From Ginglymostoma cirratum (taxonomy: Eukaryota): DNA of 64,000 bases. The DNA is taken from the NCBI GenBank assembly GCA_024137785.1, contig JAHRHZ010000066.1, forward strand, positions 2,663,880 to 2,727,879, given 5' to 3'. Shown here in pieces: positions 25,451 to 38,247 of the stretch (position 1 is the stretch's first letter; the number at the start of each line of letters is the position of its first letter). The notes below the pieces were generated by a model. The model saw only the letters and a program-made list of their open reading frames with translations, was not told the origin of the DNA and did no database searches. The position numbers and the translations under genes were made by a program.

Positions 25451-28400
25451 ACTGTAGAATTTTTGGTTCCACTCAACTTCTATGGAATGGAAAGCCAAAC
25501 AAATGGCTAAAATGCTTTTCTTAAAGAGACTGATTGCATGCAACACAGAGCTAAATAGATGGGGGTCCATGGTTCCTGTCTCTCTCTCTAAGGTCAGAGG
25601 GGTGTGGAGACTCTTCTCAAGGGAAGGACAGCCACCCTTAATAACTAACTGGAGACACCTCTCTGTTACAGCTAATCAGAACCTGGCAATATTGGAAGTA
25701 CCAGTGGTGCCAGCAGTGGCAGTAGCTACTCCCAGTACAGAAATCAGGCAATGGGTGGGGGAAAGGTGCTGTCAGTTAAGTGACTGTGATGGGCAGATGG
25801 GCTCCTCAGTGCCACCCTGCCGCTGGTATAATTATAGTGGGAAGCAGCCAGGATGTATTTACCAAAGTCCCCTGCTGGCAAGAGAAGTTGAATCCTGTCC
25901 ATGGGCTCAAATGATTAACATATGGCTTGACGATGGAAAAAAATACTCACATCTACCATGAGTAAGAAGAGAACAAGAAAATGATAATGTTTTATTTTTA
26001 GCTGTAGTCAACTACAGAATGTGGCTGCTTTCAAGGACTGTGTCCCTCTGTGGGCCAAGCAGCACTAAGTACAGGGAATGATTAGTTGGATGCAATCTAT
26101 ATCTGATTAAGCAGAGATTAACCTATGGTGATAACATTTTACCTATATGATTATAAAGGCACTATATAGACTAACACCAAGTATTTAGATCATTTTATTT
26201 AACAAAGCTGTTGATCAGAGTTCTACCTCCCTCAGCTTCATCAGTTTTGCATGAGTGTGCTCTGAAATGTGGTCTCACTGATCTGCATGGATCTTCTAGC
26301 CACAACAGTAAAATATTGAGGGATTGCATGACAGCTGCCCTGATATACTGAGATATTTAACTCGAGAAATGGTTGAGGCTGGAATGGGAGAAAATTCCAA
26401 AGTGCTTTAAAGAATTCAAAGTTAACGACATTGGCCAGTCCAGACTTATACAACTGTACTCACTCCACATTGGGAATGGTTCACTTCAATAAATTCAATG
26501 TCATTTCTACAAAGACCAACAAATGGGAGGACACTTATCTTGGTAAATTGTACCTCTCCAACAGGGATTCTTACACAAGACTTAAAATACTTCTGGATAA
26601 AACCTTTACCTATAAAATGTTCCTCCCATTGCATCAGCATTACATAATTGGCTTGCTAAAAATTATAAGTTAAGAAATTGACATACAACATTAAGGAATA
26701 CAAATATTGGAATTCGTCAATCGTTAACAGAATAATATTGAGACATTTTTCCAAACCATTCCAAAAATAAACTCAAACTTTTTTTATTTGCCAATACCAT
26801 TAGCAGTGTTGTCAGAGGTGTACTCTAATTGCATATTGAACTTGAAGGTGTGCCTTTCAGGATTCACGTCATGTCAAAATGAATTCCGGTGTGCAACAGT
26901 ACAGCATCAGCACAACCTTATGGGCATTGCAATGGTAGTCTCTCAGTGATCATGAACACCTAAGATCAATAATGGGTTCTATTTAGTTTTGTCAATATTT
27001 GTTTCAAAAGGATATAAAGAATTAGCACCAGTTTAAAACAGCTACATTTTAAACACCAGGCAAGCATATTGTTTCTGATTCACATTGCTGGAGTTTGGAC
27101 TACTCTTGGCTAACTAAAATTTCTCTAGTTAATAGGAAGGTAAAAGTACCACGTTAATTCCCTTTTCACTGGCAGCCGCTAATCATCTCTTTGAAGAACC
27201 CATTAGTGAATGAGCAATAATGTATCACTCTATACAGAAAATGGCTTATTTGTAATGTTACAGTTATAGCTATATCTGTAGTTAGTTCTGTACAAAATAA
27301 AACAAAAATGGAATGATATGATATTTTTAGCTTGTAGACTTCCTTAATTTCCTACAAACAGGTTCGAGGAATATCAGTTTCTAAATTTAATGTGAATATC
27401 GATGCTGTATTTAGTTGCCTGGTTTGGGTAGTTGATTATTGATAAATTTAATGTTAAAATGATTTTAGAAGTCTTGGATTTCAGAAGAGGCTCCACCATT
27501 AAAAATGAAAAGAAACATTCTAATTAGCTGAAGTTTTGAATCAGAAAATTACTCAGGCGATTATAATTATTTGTAAAGAAGTACTTTAATAAGATCCTTA
27601 AAAAGGATGTTGGAAAAATTGCCATGTTTTTAAAATTAACATTGAAAAATTCCTACTTAAATCTAATACTGCTTTCATTGAAACGGCAGCTTCTTGTTTC
27701 AGAGCAAAGACTATTGGTGTTCAGTAAGGAATGGAATAGTGTTGTCTGTCTTGTGTTAACATTATCAGATTTTCCTCAAGAAGAAATGAGGTAGCATTCC
27801 CTTTATGCTGACCATGCAAGGTATCCTGGCAATAAACCCAACCACACACCCCAGATTTAATTCCCTCAAATAATTTTTGTTTCTGGTTACTTATTTATGA
27901 TGGCTCTTTGAAGGGAAATCAAGTATCTTTTAATTCAGTGGTGTCAAGTCAATGGGCAACGTTTGAGAACACATGACTTCAATGGCTCGTGCCACACCAT
28001 GTCTGGGTGCAGCACATCTTCTCCTCCCTCCTCCACCAGTGAGACTCAGATCACAGCTGTGCTATTTATAAAGGGACCACTGAATCAAGAAGGAGAACGA
28101 TGTTTCAGGGATAGTCAACCCAGGTTATTTTTACATGTGTCCTGGAGGCTCTTCACTGAGTTGTGCTTCTTGGAACAGACTATCTAATGGAGACTGGACA
28201 CATGGAAGAAATGTGAAAGGAGGCCAGGACAAAACTGAGTGAATTGTAGCTTGTGAATTTCACATTTCTCTGAGTTTAAAGACTGATGTAGCTATCAGAA
28301 GAATGTTAAATTTGCAAATATTAAATATGTGAATCCTTAACTGAAGTACAGGTGCCCAATACAGCACGTGAATCAGCCAACTGGATTTGAAGGAAGTTTG

Positions 28401-28501
28401 CCGTGACATTATATGACAATGAATGACCCACACCTTCGAGTTCATGTTTCTTTTTATATATAGAATAGGACTGGATGAATTTTTTGCTTAACCCCTCGTA
28501 C

Positions 28502-28724
28502 CTTTCTTTTTCATCTTTACTAACAGAAGAGTCTCGTTTTTCTACATCTCTATCTCTGTCATGAGCTGCTACAGAGGAACTGCGCTCTGGCTCCCCTGGC
28601 TTCAGCCAAGGGGGTGGGGTTGGAAACGAAGGTGGCGTTCTGTGGAGTCGATTCCAAGGTTCGTGAGGGTTGCTAAAGCTCTGCATACTGGGGCCATCTT
28701 TGTGGCTGAACATTGTGTTGGATG
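28502..28724 (-). CDS. AUTS2: AUTS2 coding exon (exon 18 equivalent), (T)[12 protein letters not shown]...[22 protein letters not shown]...KDEKE(R)
   Basis: 223 nt, phase 1/2. CAG acceptor at 28725-28727; GTACGA donor. Overlaps ORF 28321..28713. Confidence 0.95.
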
Positions 28725-29184
28725 CTGAAATGGTTGAGAAAACAAAAATACAAAAAAAAACAATGTTTAAAAAGTCTGGCAGTCGGCTTGTCAGTACTTA
28801 CCAAGCAACGCACTCTGAGTTTAAAATGTATACATACTATTGGCAGCTGGAAACAAGAAGGGAAAAATTACAGCAATATACAAGCCGGCAGCAAACATTG
28901 CCATTCAAGCCCTCAAATCATCAGTAACAAAACTAAACTCGTTTGAAAGGATCACATCTAATTTGGTAATGGACAGGAAAAGATTAATTCAAACACAAAG
29001 TTCAAAGTTCAGCTTGCCCGTCTATCCTTACCCACTCTCTATATGCAGGAGTCATGATGGAAATTAGTTTTGTGCAACATTCCACTTGCAGGCTCTTTTC
29101 AGCTTCAGTCACTAGAAGCTGATAAACAGGATGAACACAGGCTGCTTTTCTCTTTCCTAGGTCATTTGGACCCTTGAGATTACA

Positions 29185-29833
29185 GCAGAATTTTGCCAGC
29201 CTCCAATTATACGAGATGGAGGACATGGTGGGCGTTGGGGGAAGGCCTGAAATTGGCAAAATAGCAAAGTGCTGCATTGGAATTGTGCCCCATGGCAATC
29301 CTGCCCTGGTAGCAGGCAGGAACTGGATCAGGTGCCCATTCCAACAGGGCATGTAACCGATTTGCATAATTACAGGATCCAATAAGGAAAACTTTAATGG
29401 GATGACTGCACTTTGTCAACAGTTAAGACCATCCCCACTGCCGTGCCCCTGCAGGGAGAGGCGATGAGATTCATGGAGATGGCTGTCCTACAGATCACAG
29501 GATCTGTACCCACTCTAGAAGGGGTTGGCAGAAGAAAAGGAAGTTACTATGGGCCATCACACCCACTGGAGGGCTTTAAACCAGCGATCAGTGTGGCTTT
29601 GGCCTTGACCATCCACAGTTTTACTACGAACTTACCTCTACGACGGTATCTCCATTTTGAGGTTCCCTCTGTGTAGCTTTAGCTACAGCCATCTTTTGTA
29701 ACGGAGCTGCTGAGGCCTGAGAGATTCTGGCCCTCTGATTAGGCCAGCAGCCCACTCACTCATCTTTCTTAATTGGACTACAGGCTTGCAATTGGCCTAT
29801 TAGGGCATTGCCAATAGTAAAACTGTTTAGCCC
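29185..29833. mobile_element. GC-rich MITE-like interspersed repeat (decayed)
   Basis: GC-rich island starting GCAGAATTTTGCC and ending GTAAAACTGTTTAGCCC. TTAATTGG...AATTGGCC core shared with 15.3 and 42.1 kb. Confidence 0.35.
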
Positions 29834-32800
29834 GTCCCATCTGAAGAAAGTTGCTCAGGACCCAAATGCCATCCTAATGTCCCAAAGCACATGACAGAAT
29901 TCAGTTGTAGCAAGCCCCAAATTTTCCAACATTTGACACTGAGCTCCTGAAACCTTCTACTCTGTTTCATTTCAATAGTGAAATGGGCATCTAAAGCATC
30001 TGCATAAGCTAAGACAAATTTTTACATTAGAAAATGTCAAATAAAGCTGAAGAATGCATTATATTTGGGTTTTACCTCTTAAACAAACAGCAAAGCAAAC
30101 AAAAGAACAATATGCCAATTCATCAAACTCCAACCAAAACTCCTGAAGTTGTTGAGACACAATGTATAACACAGTCCAGGATAATACAGGCTTTTCGTGC
30201 GCACATATAGATTCTTTACAGTAAAGAAATCTGAATAGACTGAGTGATGTCTGTTTTATGGTTTCACCTCAACAATTAGACCAAGTTTTGCATGGGCTTC
30301 ACTTAATGTTTGCAATCTACTCCTCTTAAATGTACAATGCACAAGATATGCATGTGACAGAATGAGTTATCAAAGTGCAGCAACGGAGGCCTGTCAACAC
30401 ACTTTTTTTGAAGGATCACTCAAGTTTGCCGAAAGCTCAATGTAAGGAAAAGCTCAGGACACAAAGCAATGAGGTACATCACAGAACTCAGAACTAAAGA
30501 AGCTTGTGCTCACTTAATAGACCAGATGATCTGTTTCTGTGCTATAACATCTGAGAATTAAAAATAACATGGGGAAATAAACACGACTGCCATCCAGACA
30601 AAAATGCCTGAACATAAAGTGCCAAAATTGCAGGACGCAGAGAAACAGTAGAGGAGGAATGCTGTTGAATGACCATGGAACACTGTGTGATCACCCTTCC
30701 AGAAGCAGGAGAAATGTTGCTCCAGGACAAAGGTTACACAATTATTCAACGAGTTGACGGCAATTCCTCTTTTGAAAGGATCAGATCTAATTTACTGGAG
30801 AATAAGCTATGAAATTTTGGCGAATCCTTTAGATATAAAGGATCAGCCGCAGACCAACAGCACTATCCTGTGCAACACAATACTGCTGCGATACTTCAGT
30901 AATAGCAATGAATGTCAATGGTGAACAGCAACCATATCGAAGTACCTTCTGTCCAAACAAACTGAATTATGAGCTAGTCATACTGACCTTGACTCTAATC
31001 CCATTCACTCTTATTAACATTAACATTAACATGAACATTTCCTTGCCATTTAAAATATTTACATTTTCCTTCGTTGCTTTTCTTTCTTCATTTTAATTCA
31101 CTTTCTCTCTATGTTTTTTTCAGAATCTTTTATTTTAACATTTGGCTCCTTTTCCTTATCCACTTCAACTCTTTGGGTTTTTTTTAAGTATCTGCCATCC
31201 CTGCCTCCAGGACTTCTTTTTAATTATTGCTTCTGCACATTTTCCTCCATCTAACCATTCCTATTTACCCATCTTGCTGTTGTTTTCCTAACGTTTCTAA
31301 ATTACTTTCCCAGTCACTGAACTGTTTCTACTATCATTACATTAATGTTGCAACTGCACTGAATCAAACCTCTGCCACTGGCAAACAGATTTTTGTTGTG
31401 GACTTTAACCTCAGTTCCTGTTTAATTTTCTTTTCTTCCAGAAATCATTGGTGCAGAGGACAAGCTGGAGATCAGGGCATGTTCCCTGTACTGCAGCTCT
31501 AATTCCAATTGCCAAGATAAGCAGACAGCAGCCCTAAGTCATTGATACAGTGATTTCCTACCTTATCATATAAGACAACCAGTATTATCAACAGAACAAT
31601 TCATTCATACCGCTATGTGTTTTGAAGTTCTTTTAATATTGAATATTCCATCAGCACATCTAACTATACGTTGACATTTCTCTCAAGAAGTACAAGAAAT
31701 GTTCGTAAATTACAGAACTCGAGTGTGGGAGGGTTCGTAACGTGGGATAATTCAGATCAGGACAGTGTGTGTGGAGTCAGTGATATAAATATGAGCTCAA
31801 ACTCCACCAATCCGAGAAACGCACAATGTGACTCAGCACAATCCTTTGAGTGTGTCTCTATTATAATTGCGAACCACAAATGTTCAATTTGAATCCTCTA
31901 TAAACTCATGGATACATGAATGGAGTCCACTCATCATGGGATCTTCCAGACATTTCCAAAATTACAACATGGAATGGCAACCTATCGAAACAAGTGAAGG
32001 TAAAGGAAAACAAGGGTTGATAATTGCAAGAAATCCATAATAGTGCACATCCAAAACACAATATAAAGTTGAATTTATCAAAATAAAAAAAAACATAGAA
32101 CAAGAATCCAATAAAAGAACTGCCAATGTACACTATCGCCAATAGAATGAGGTACTGCTTTGGGGAAGGCGATTGTGAATATACCGCTAAGTACAAGGAG
32201 AAGGATGAAGAGTGGAAGGAGACTAGGAGCTTAGGGACCTTCATGTACGTCAGAGTCATCAGAAACTTAATCTGCTGTGGACAAGGCCTGGCAATGTAGC
32301 CTGCATTCACGGAGACAGATACGATCCAATATTCGGTGTAATACTCTAACGCAGATTTTCTAAAACATTTCTCATTCAAGGATGACACAAAAGAACAGTA
32401 AAAGGGATACTGTGTTCAGAGAGGTCAGCTGTCTTCATCTAAAGACAGATGCAATGAATTCAGACATGACACACACAGTATTGACACCAATATACACAAA
32501 TACTTTCTATATACGTAGCATACAAGTATAGCATTGATGTCGTATGCACAAGCATAATACAAATATTCACAGATTGTACGTGACAAAGATATACTACGCA
32601 GCAACAACATACAGCAGTAATAAAGAAAGCTGCAACCAACAGGTGTAATATGCACAGATAGGTGCAGTATATACAGGTATGATCCTAAGAAAGATCTACC
32701 CAGGTTAGGAATCGATGGGATAATATACACAAACGTGGCACATGCACAGACTGCATTGTGCATGCAGGTGTGAAACACAGATGCAATCTAGTCTAACGAC

Positions 32801-32995
32801 AAGCTCAAGAGCGTACACTTATCTCACTTTTAGTACACCAGCACGGTGTTGGCTTTGCTTTATGGCTAAACAATCCTGGCTGTGCTATAACTCTCAGTAC
32901 TGACTTAGTATTGCTCAGGTCTCAGCCAAAGTATCACTTCTCAACGTAAAACATGAGAAAGTCATACAAAGAACTGAAAGGACAGAAATACTCAC

Positions 32996-33079
32996 TGATT
33001 GAAGGGTTCCCCAGTCCACCAAAGGCGCTGTTACTTAAGGATCTCAGACCACTCAAACCACTTGGTCTATTAAAGGGCT
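32996..33079 (-). CDS. AUTS2: AUTS2 coding exon (exon 17 equivalent), (E)PFNRPSGLSGLRSLSNSAFGGLGNPSI(T)
   Basis: 84 nt, phase 1/1, translated by hand. TTTTTTAG acceptor; GTGAGT donor. EPFNRP...AFGGLGNPS motif of AUTS2. Confidence 0.93.
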
Positions 33080-36000
33080 CTAAAAAATACAAACCAATAC
33101 GTGTCCACCAGTTACTCCTTCGATCAAAATCATTTAATTTTTAAAAAATGTTTCTAACTGCAATTAAAATTAATCCTTCAACTTAACTAAACTTATCTAA
33201 CAGGAAGCTTGAATGGCCACCCAGAGTCAGGAGTATATCAGTAATAGTGATGTCAAGTTGAGATAGAGATGAGACTTTGTTCAAGCTGCAATTAAAGGGG
33301 GCATTTCACCATTTACACATCCCAAAAGCATGAATCACTTCACAGAATTTGAATTAGCATCTCTATTTTCTGTCTCCCCCATATTTAGAAATAACAAGTG
33401 AAGCAGTGAATACATCCACAACACAGGATGTTCACCGGAGAGGAGATTGACGCATCATGAAATTCCAGTCACCAGCCCAAAAGCATAGTGATTGCTTCAT
33501 TAGAAAGAGCTCCCTTATTGTGTGGAAAGGTTTCCACTGTGCATAAACCACCAACCTGATTCTAATTTCCACTGATCCAACTGGAGCCCTTCCCACCCCA
33601 GCCCCTCCAGACACATTCAAGGGCTCCTCCCACTGATGTCATCAATGTTTGCAGTGACACAAAACGGATTCAATAAGTCCAAGGAAACCAATTTGGAATG
33701 AATGGTGATGCTAAAGGAGATTGAACTGGTTTATGAAGCAGACAAATTCTTTTAGGTCTTTGACCTTCAGAAGCTGCCCTAACCACCTTGCTTGATATGA
33801 TACAATAATCATCAGCACTTATGATGAAAAGCAAACGGTATACTGGACCACTCTGAAAGGAGCTGACACAAATGTGATCTGGATTTTCAGAGGGCAGAGG
33901 TACCTTAATAGCTGTTGTAGGCATCGAGACACTGTCATCGGAACAAGATTGCTAAATAGGATGGTAGAAGATAGTGTGATCTTGAATTTTGTGGTATATT
34001 TTTGCTGTATGAATGCACTTCTTCTGAGGAAACTTGGAAATTCTTCTGAGGAAATGTAACTGATTTATGCTAAATTTACAATGAAACATCACTACATGCA
34101 AATTTCCTCTATCACTTGCCAATTCCAACAGATATCTGCTGAATCCCTCTGCCATTCACTTACATATCCACATCCCCATTCCTCATTATAAATTGATCAA
34201 AATAATGCTGCAGTTTAACTTTATTTCCCACAACACAGAAGTAAGTCACATGACATTGCTGTACCCAAGATATCCAGAGACTGATGAAAACATTTTTGTC
34301 ACTGCTGGAACGGGAATGTTCTTAGCATGATGTTGATGAATGGGTCAACAGCAGAAAGCAATAAAACCCATGAGAGTTTCTTTGCTGCAACTGGAAATGG
34401 AGGAGAGGGTATACTCACTAGTGTGAACACAATGTAGCTATGCACCAGGTGACTGGGATATACAAAGACTTGATCTGCAACAGGGCCTTGTGTGTTGTGC
34501 TAACAGTCCACAAAGGTGCTTATACAGGTATTGTTTAGCCAGTTCGTGTACACAGTGTCAGCCACTGGCTGGTTGTTCTTGTTCTTTATTGCTTTGCACT
34601 GCAGCAAAGCATGTAGCAATGGTGAAATGGAAGGCCTTTGCTTGATAAAGGTCTGACTTTGTCCTCAGATCCTATCAGGACATCGAGTAAATTACGCTCG
34701 AATCTTCATATTCCCAGCCATTACGTGCTCCTGGTTGCCCAAGAGCAGCTGTGAACTATGGGGTCAAAGCATAGCAGTCAATCTTACACTCTTCTTCCTG
34801 ACTCAAACACAGAAGGCTGCATTATGCTGTATCTGATAGTCACAAACAAGCTGCATATTCATTGCCCATGTGTGTTCAACAAGATAGTGAAATTGTTGAC
34901 AAGATCTTATTGGGCTCTGGAGTATCCTGTCATCTGGAATAGTTGTAAGACAGCCACTGCGTCCACAGAATTGTATAGCTGTTTCCAGAACGGAAACGTG
35001 TTTCACAGGAACCTTTTCCCACCCTACTTCGTCATACTGTTCTATTCCACTCTCTCACGTGCACAATCCAACTTTCATTTAAATGCACAAATTCCATTTG
35101 CTTCAACTGCTCCATGTGGGAGCAAAATCGCATGCACCCCCATCTCTAAGGAACTATTTCCCTGCTTATCTTATTGGACGTATTATGTCACTTATATTTA
35201 TGGCCCTTGGTTTGCAATTATACCACAAGTGGGAGGGGCTTTGCAATATCTACCCTACAGAATTCTTTCATAATTTTACAGACTACTATCAGGTCACCTC
35301 TCAGTCTCTTTACCAAAGAACAGAGTTTCCGCTCATTCACTCATTGTGTTGTTGTGGTCGGTTACCATGGAGAACAAGTTGAAGTAGTTTATTCTTGCAA
35401 GTGACTCATAAGGTGCCTGGCGCATCATTTGCTGAATTTTATGATGATTCCAAGTTGCAGTCTGTAAAATATCCAAGATGTAAAAACTAACAGTTGTTAT
35501 ATGTACCCAACAGCTGTTGGCAGTGCCATGCTTATGGTGCAGTTTGACCATCAGTTGGCACCACCTGGAATGGCATCATCACTACCTCTCTTGTGAAATG
35601 CACTGTCCAGAGGCATAGTTATACTGAGAAATCCTGGTAAATATGGGAAATTTAAATTCAATTCTGTTCCAATGAAGTTCCAAGCTATTCATGTGGGATC
35701 TTTTGCACCCTAGGTGCCACTCGTCTGGAAATTACTATAGGGTGTGTTCTGACCAAATACAATTTCTGTTCCAACGTCTTCGTCACTTGCACCAATCATC
35801 AGAAAATTAATTCACTTAATTATCAAAGAGGAGAAATGGTGTGAGCTTGTGTTCATTGACTTAGGCCATGGAAACCCAACCCTAGACAAACTGTTAGTGA
35901 ATCGGGGAAGTGGGCAGTAGTGAGCTGAGACTCATCATCACCCCACAGAAACAGAAAGAATACTGAAGGTTGATTTTTGAGGTACCACCTCTCCAAATGC

Positions 36001-36284
36001 TTCCATCATCTCTGACATCCAAAATTAGACAAGCAGACATTTCCTCCAACCAAATATGGGAAGATTAAAGCCACTGAGTGAGAAAATAGGGTTGGCTGAG
36101 TGCTATGAGCATCCTTAGAGCTTTAATATGGAATTTATGGGGTGAATTACCCTGGGCATCATGTTGATAATGGCATTAGTGCATGCAGAGAATGGCTGCT
36201 TGAACTACGCAGAGCAAGCTAATTTGCTGTGTACACAATGTTGCACCTTGGAGATCAACACCCCAGTTGGATATTTTCAAATCA

Positions 36285-36388
36285 AAACATCCAGAGATGT
36301 TCTTACACACCTCTGTAGCAGATGGGAATTGAACCCAGGTCTCCTAATTCAGAGATAGGGATGCTCCCACTGTGCCACATGAACCCTA
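36285..36388 (-). mobile_element. Short tRNA-derived SINE
   Basis: Minus strand has A-box-like GTGGCACAGTGG and B-box GGGTTCAATTCCC; similar to 16809-16922 and 63010-63112. Confidence 0.65.
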
Positions 36389-36559
36389 AGTCAACACTCC
36401 AGTTAATGATCTTTCTTAGTTTAATACAGCTGCACTCAGGTTCAGCAGCAGGAAAGACACCCTTTCACAATGGTAATGTTACTTAATGCTATCTGCTTCT
36501 TATGGGTTAGTTGCTAGTAGATCCCTTTCTGGGTTGTGACTCAATACCACACGTGTTTG

Positions 36560-37250
36560 GTGCTTTGTGTGGTTGCCAATATCTCCAGGGAGCAAAGCTG
36601 CAGAATGGGTTTTTACTGATTTGCAAGGCTTTTGCAAACCGGCTGCTCCCATGCATGGGTTCAGTGGTAAGCAGCGCGACTTAGAGAGTGAACAGACTAC
36701 ATGCAGAGTGGGCCATGCTATTGAAAGAGGGAGGAGGAAGAAGGTGGAGACAAGGGCCCTCATCCAGAGGCCTTATCTGAACATGGTTTTTCCAACAGCA
36801 AATTGAAAGTCAGTGTGGAACAATATGTGAGACATCTGCCCTAACGCATTCCCATTATTGAGTCTGCCTTCCCTGTGCCTTTACCTAGCGAAGTGCTCCT
36901 GCCCAACACAACCTTACTAGCTGCTGACTTCCAATGAAAGAGACTGCTGGTGGTTTTGGAAAATGAATCCTCAGGAAAGGGCCTGACGCTCGGTTTGAAC
37001 ATGTTAACGGTGCTCTGCATGGGCCGGCTGGCTATCGGCAACAGGAACAGTAGTGACAGGTGGCAGTTTTGGGAGGAGGACTGCTGACTTTATAAAAGGG
37101 GTCAGTAGATTTATACTTCATTGCTGCTGTCCCTGTCGAAGAGATGCTGGATAGCTTGAACAGGCTAAGTAGTGTTCTTCCTGTTGGCCTCTTATTGATG
37201 TCCAGTCAGTCAAGGGTTCCTTTAATCTTTCCCGGGTACTGAACACATTG
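36560..37250 (+). mobile_element. Ancient non-LTR retrotransposon RT remnant (RTE-like)
   Basis: Ordered decayed motifs: VFTDL/KAF (about 36610-36635), WRQG (about 36745), NTTLLAADFQ*KRLLVVLENESSGKGLTL (about 36905-36992). Confidence 0.4.
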
Positions 37251-37430
37251 AAAGAACCAGGCATAAACAGTACATCCTGTGGTGTAACTAATTACGGTGA
37301 TCTCTGCAACTCTTCTCAGGTACCGCTGAATTTGTCATTCGTCCCTTTCCCAAACTCCATTGCCCAGCCACTATTTCCATCCTGGGCAGCTAGATGTTGA
37401 AGTTGAGCTGGACAATTCACAACCCATATA

Positions 37431-37566
37431 TTTCTGAAGAAGGGTGACTGGACTGGAAACATTAACTCTGCTTTCTCTCCACAGAGGCCACCAGACCTGC
37501 TGAGTTTTCCCAGGAATTTCTGTTTTGTTTCTGACTTGCAGCGTCTGCATTTCTTTGTTTTTTTTG
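37431..37566 (+). mobile_element. Penelope-like terminal mini-element with hammerhead motif
   Basis: CTGAAGA-A-GGGTG-ACTG-GACTG-GAAA-CATT-AACT starting at 37434, followed by the family body CCAGACCTGCTGAGTTTTCC and a T-rich end. Confidence 0.7.
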
Positions 37567-37649
37567 ACACAAGTACAAGTTCCACCTGCTCCCTTATAAC
37601 AGGTCGATTAGAAATATATCCAAAAACGCTTGGCCCTATGATATACTGA

Positions 37650-38247
37650 CCATCAGCTGCTTACTCAATCACCAGGGGTGCGTATTCCTAAGTCTGTATC
37701 AATCACTTCTGACCCTGCCTCAGCTCTTTTGCTGCTGAAACCCTCATCCCTATCTGCAAATTCTGAACTTGCCTATGCCAATGCTCTCCCACCTGACCTC
37801 CAAATCGGCACCATGCATAAACGTGTGCTCATCGAACACAATTGCCCAAATCTTAACTCAAGCCAACCGTCATTCCCCCGACACTCAACCCTCTGCTAGC
37901 TGACCTACGAAGGCTCCCTGTTCAGCAATATGTCGATTATAAAATCCATACCCTTGTTGAAATCCTTTCCCATTTTTGTAACATTCTTTGGTTCAACAAG
38001 CCTTTGAGGTTTCTCCAATCCTTGAAATCTACCTGCTTTCACATTAACCATTGAAATAACTCCAGCTCTTTACTTCTCTCTCCTCCTTTCAGCCAGTCCT
38101 TAAAACCTAGTTCTTCAATAAAACGTTTGGTCATCAATCTTGGCAATGTCTTTTCTGCCTACATTTTTTTTGGTGATATTGCTGTTGTTAAACATCTTGA
38201 GGCATTTTGCTCTGTCAAACGTGCTAAATAAAGGTAAGTTGTTGTTG
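37650..38247 (+). mobile_element. L2-clade LINE 3' fragment (old)
   Basis: PLLADLRRLPVQQYVDYKI-like ORF2 end (L2 LHWLPV.RI.FKI motif) and GTGCTAAATAAAGGTAAGTTGTTGTTG tail. Confidence 0.65.

Noticed and set aside
31906-32778. Hydrophobic 160-aa and 117-aa minus-strand ORFs as membrane proteins
   Set aside because: By-products of A-rich and alternating low-complexity sequence; no family motifs or splice structure.
34758-35404. 171-aa and overlapping plus-strand ORFs
   Set aside because: No recognisable domain; composition typical of non-coding or decayed repeat DNA.
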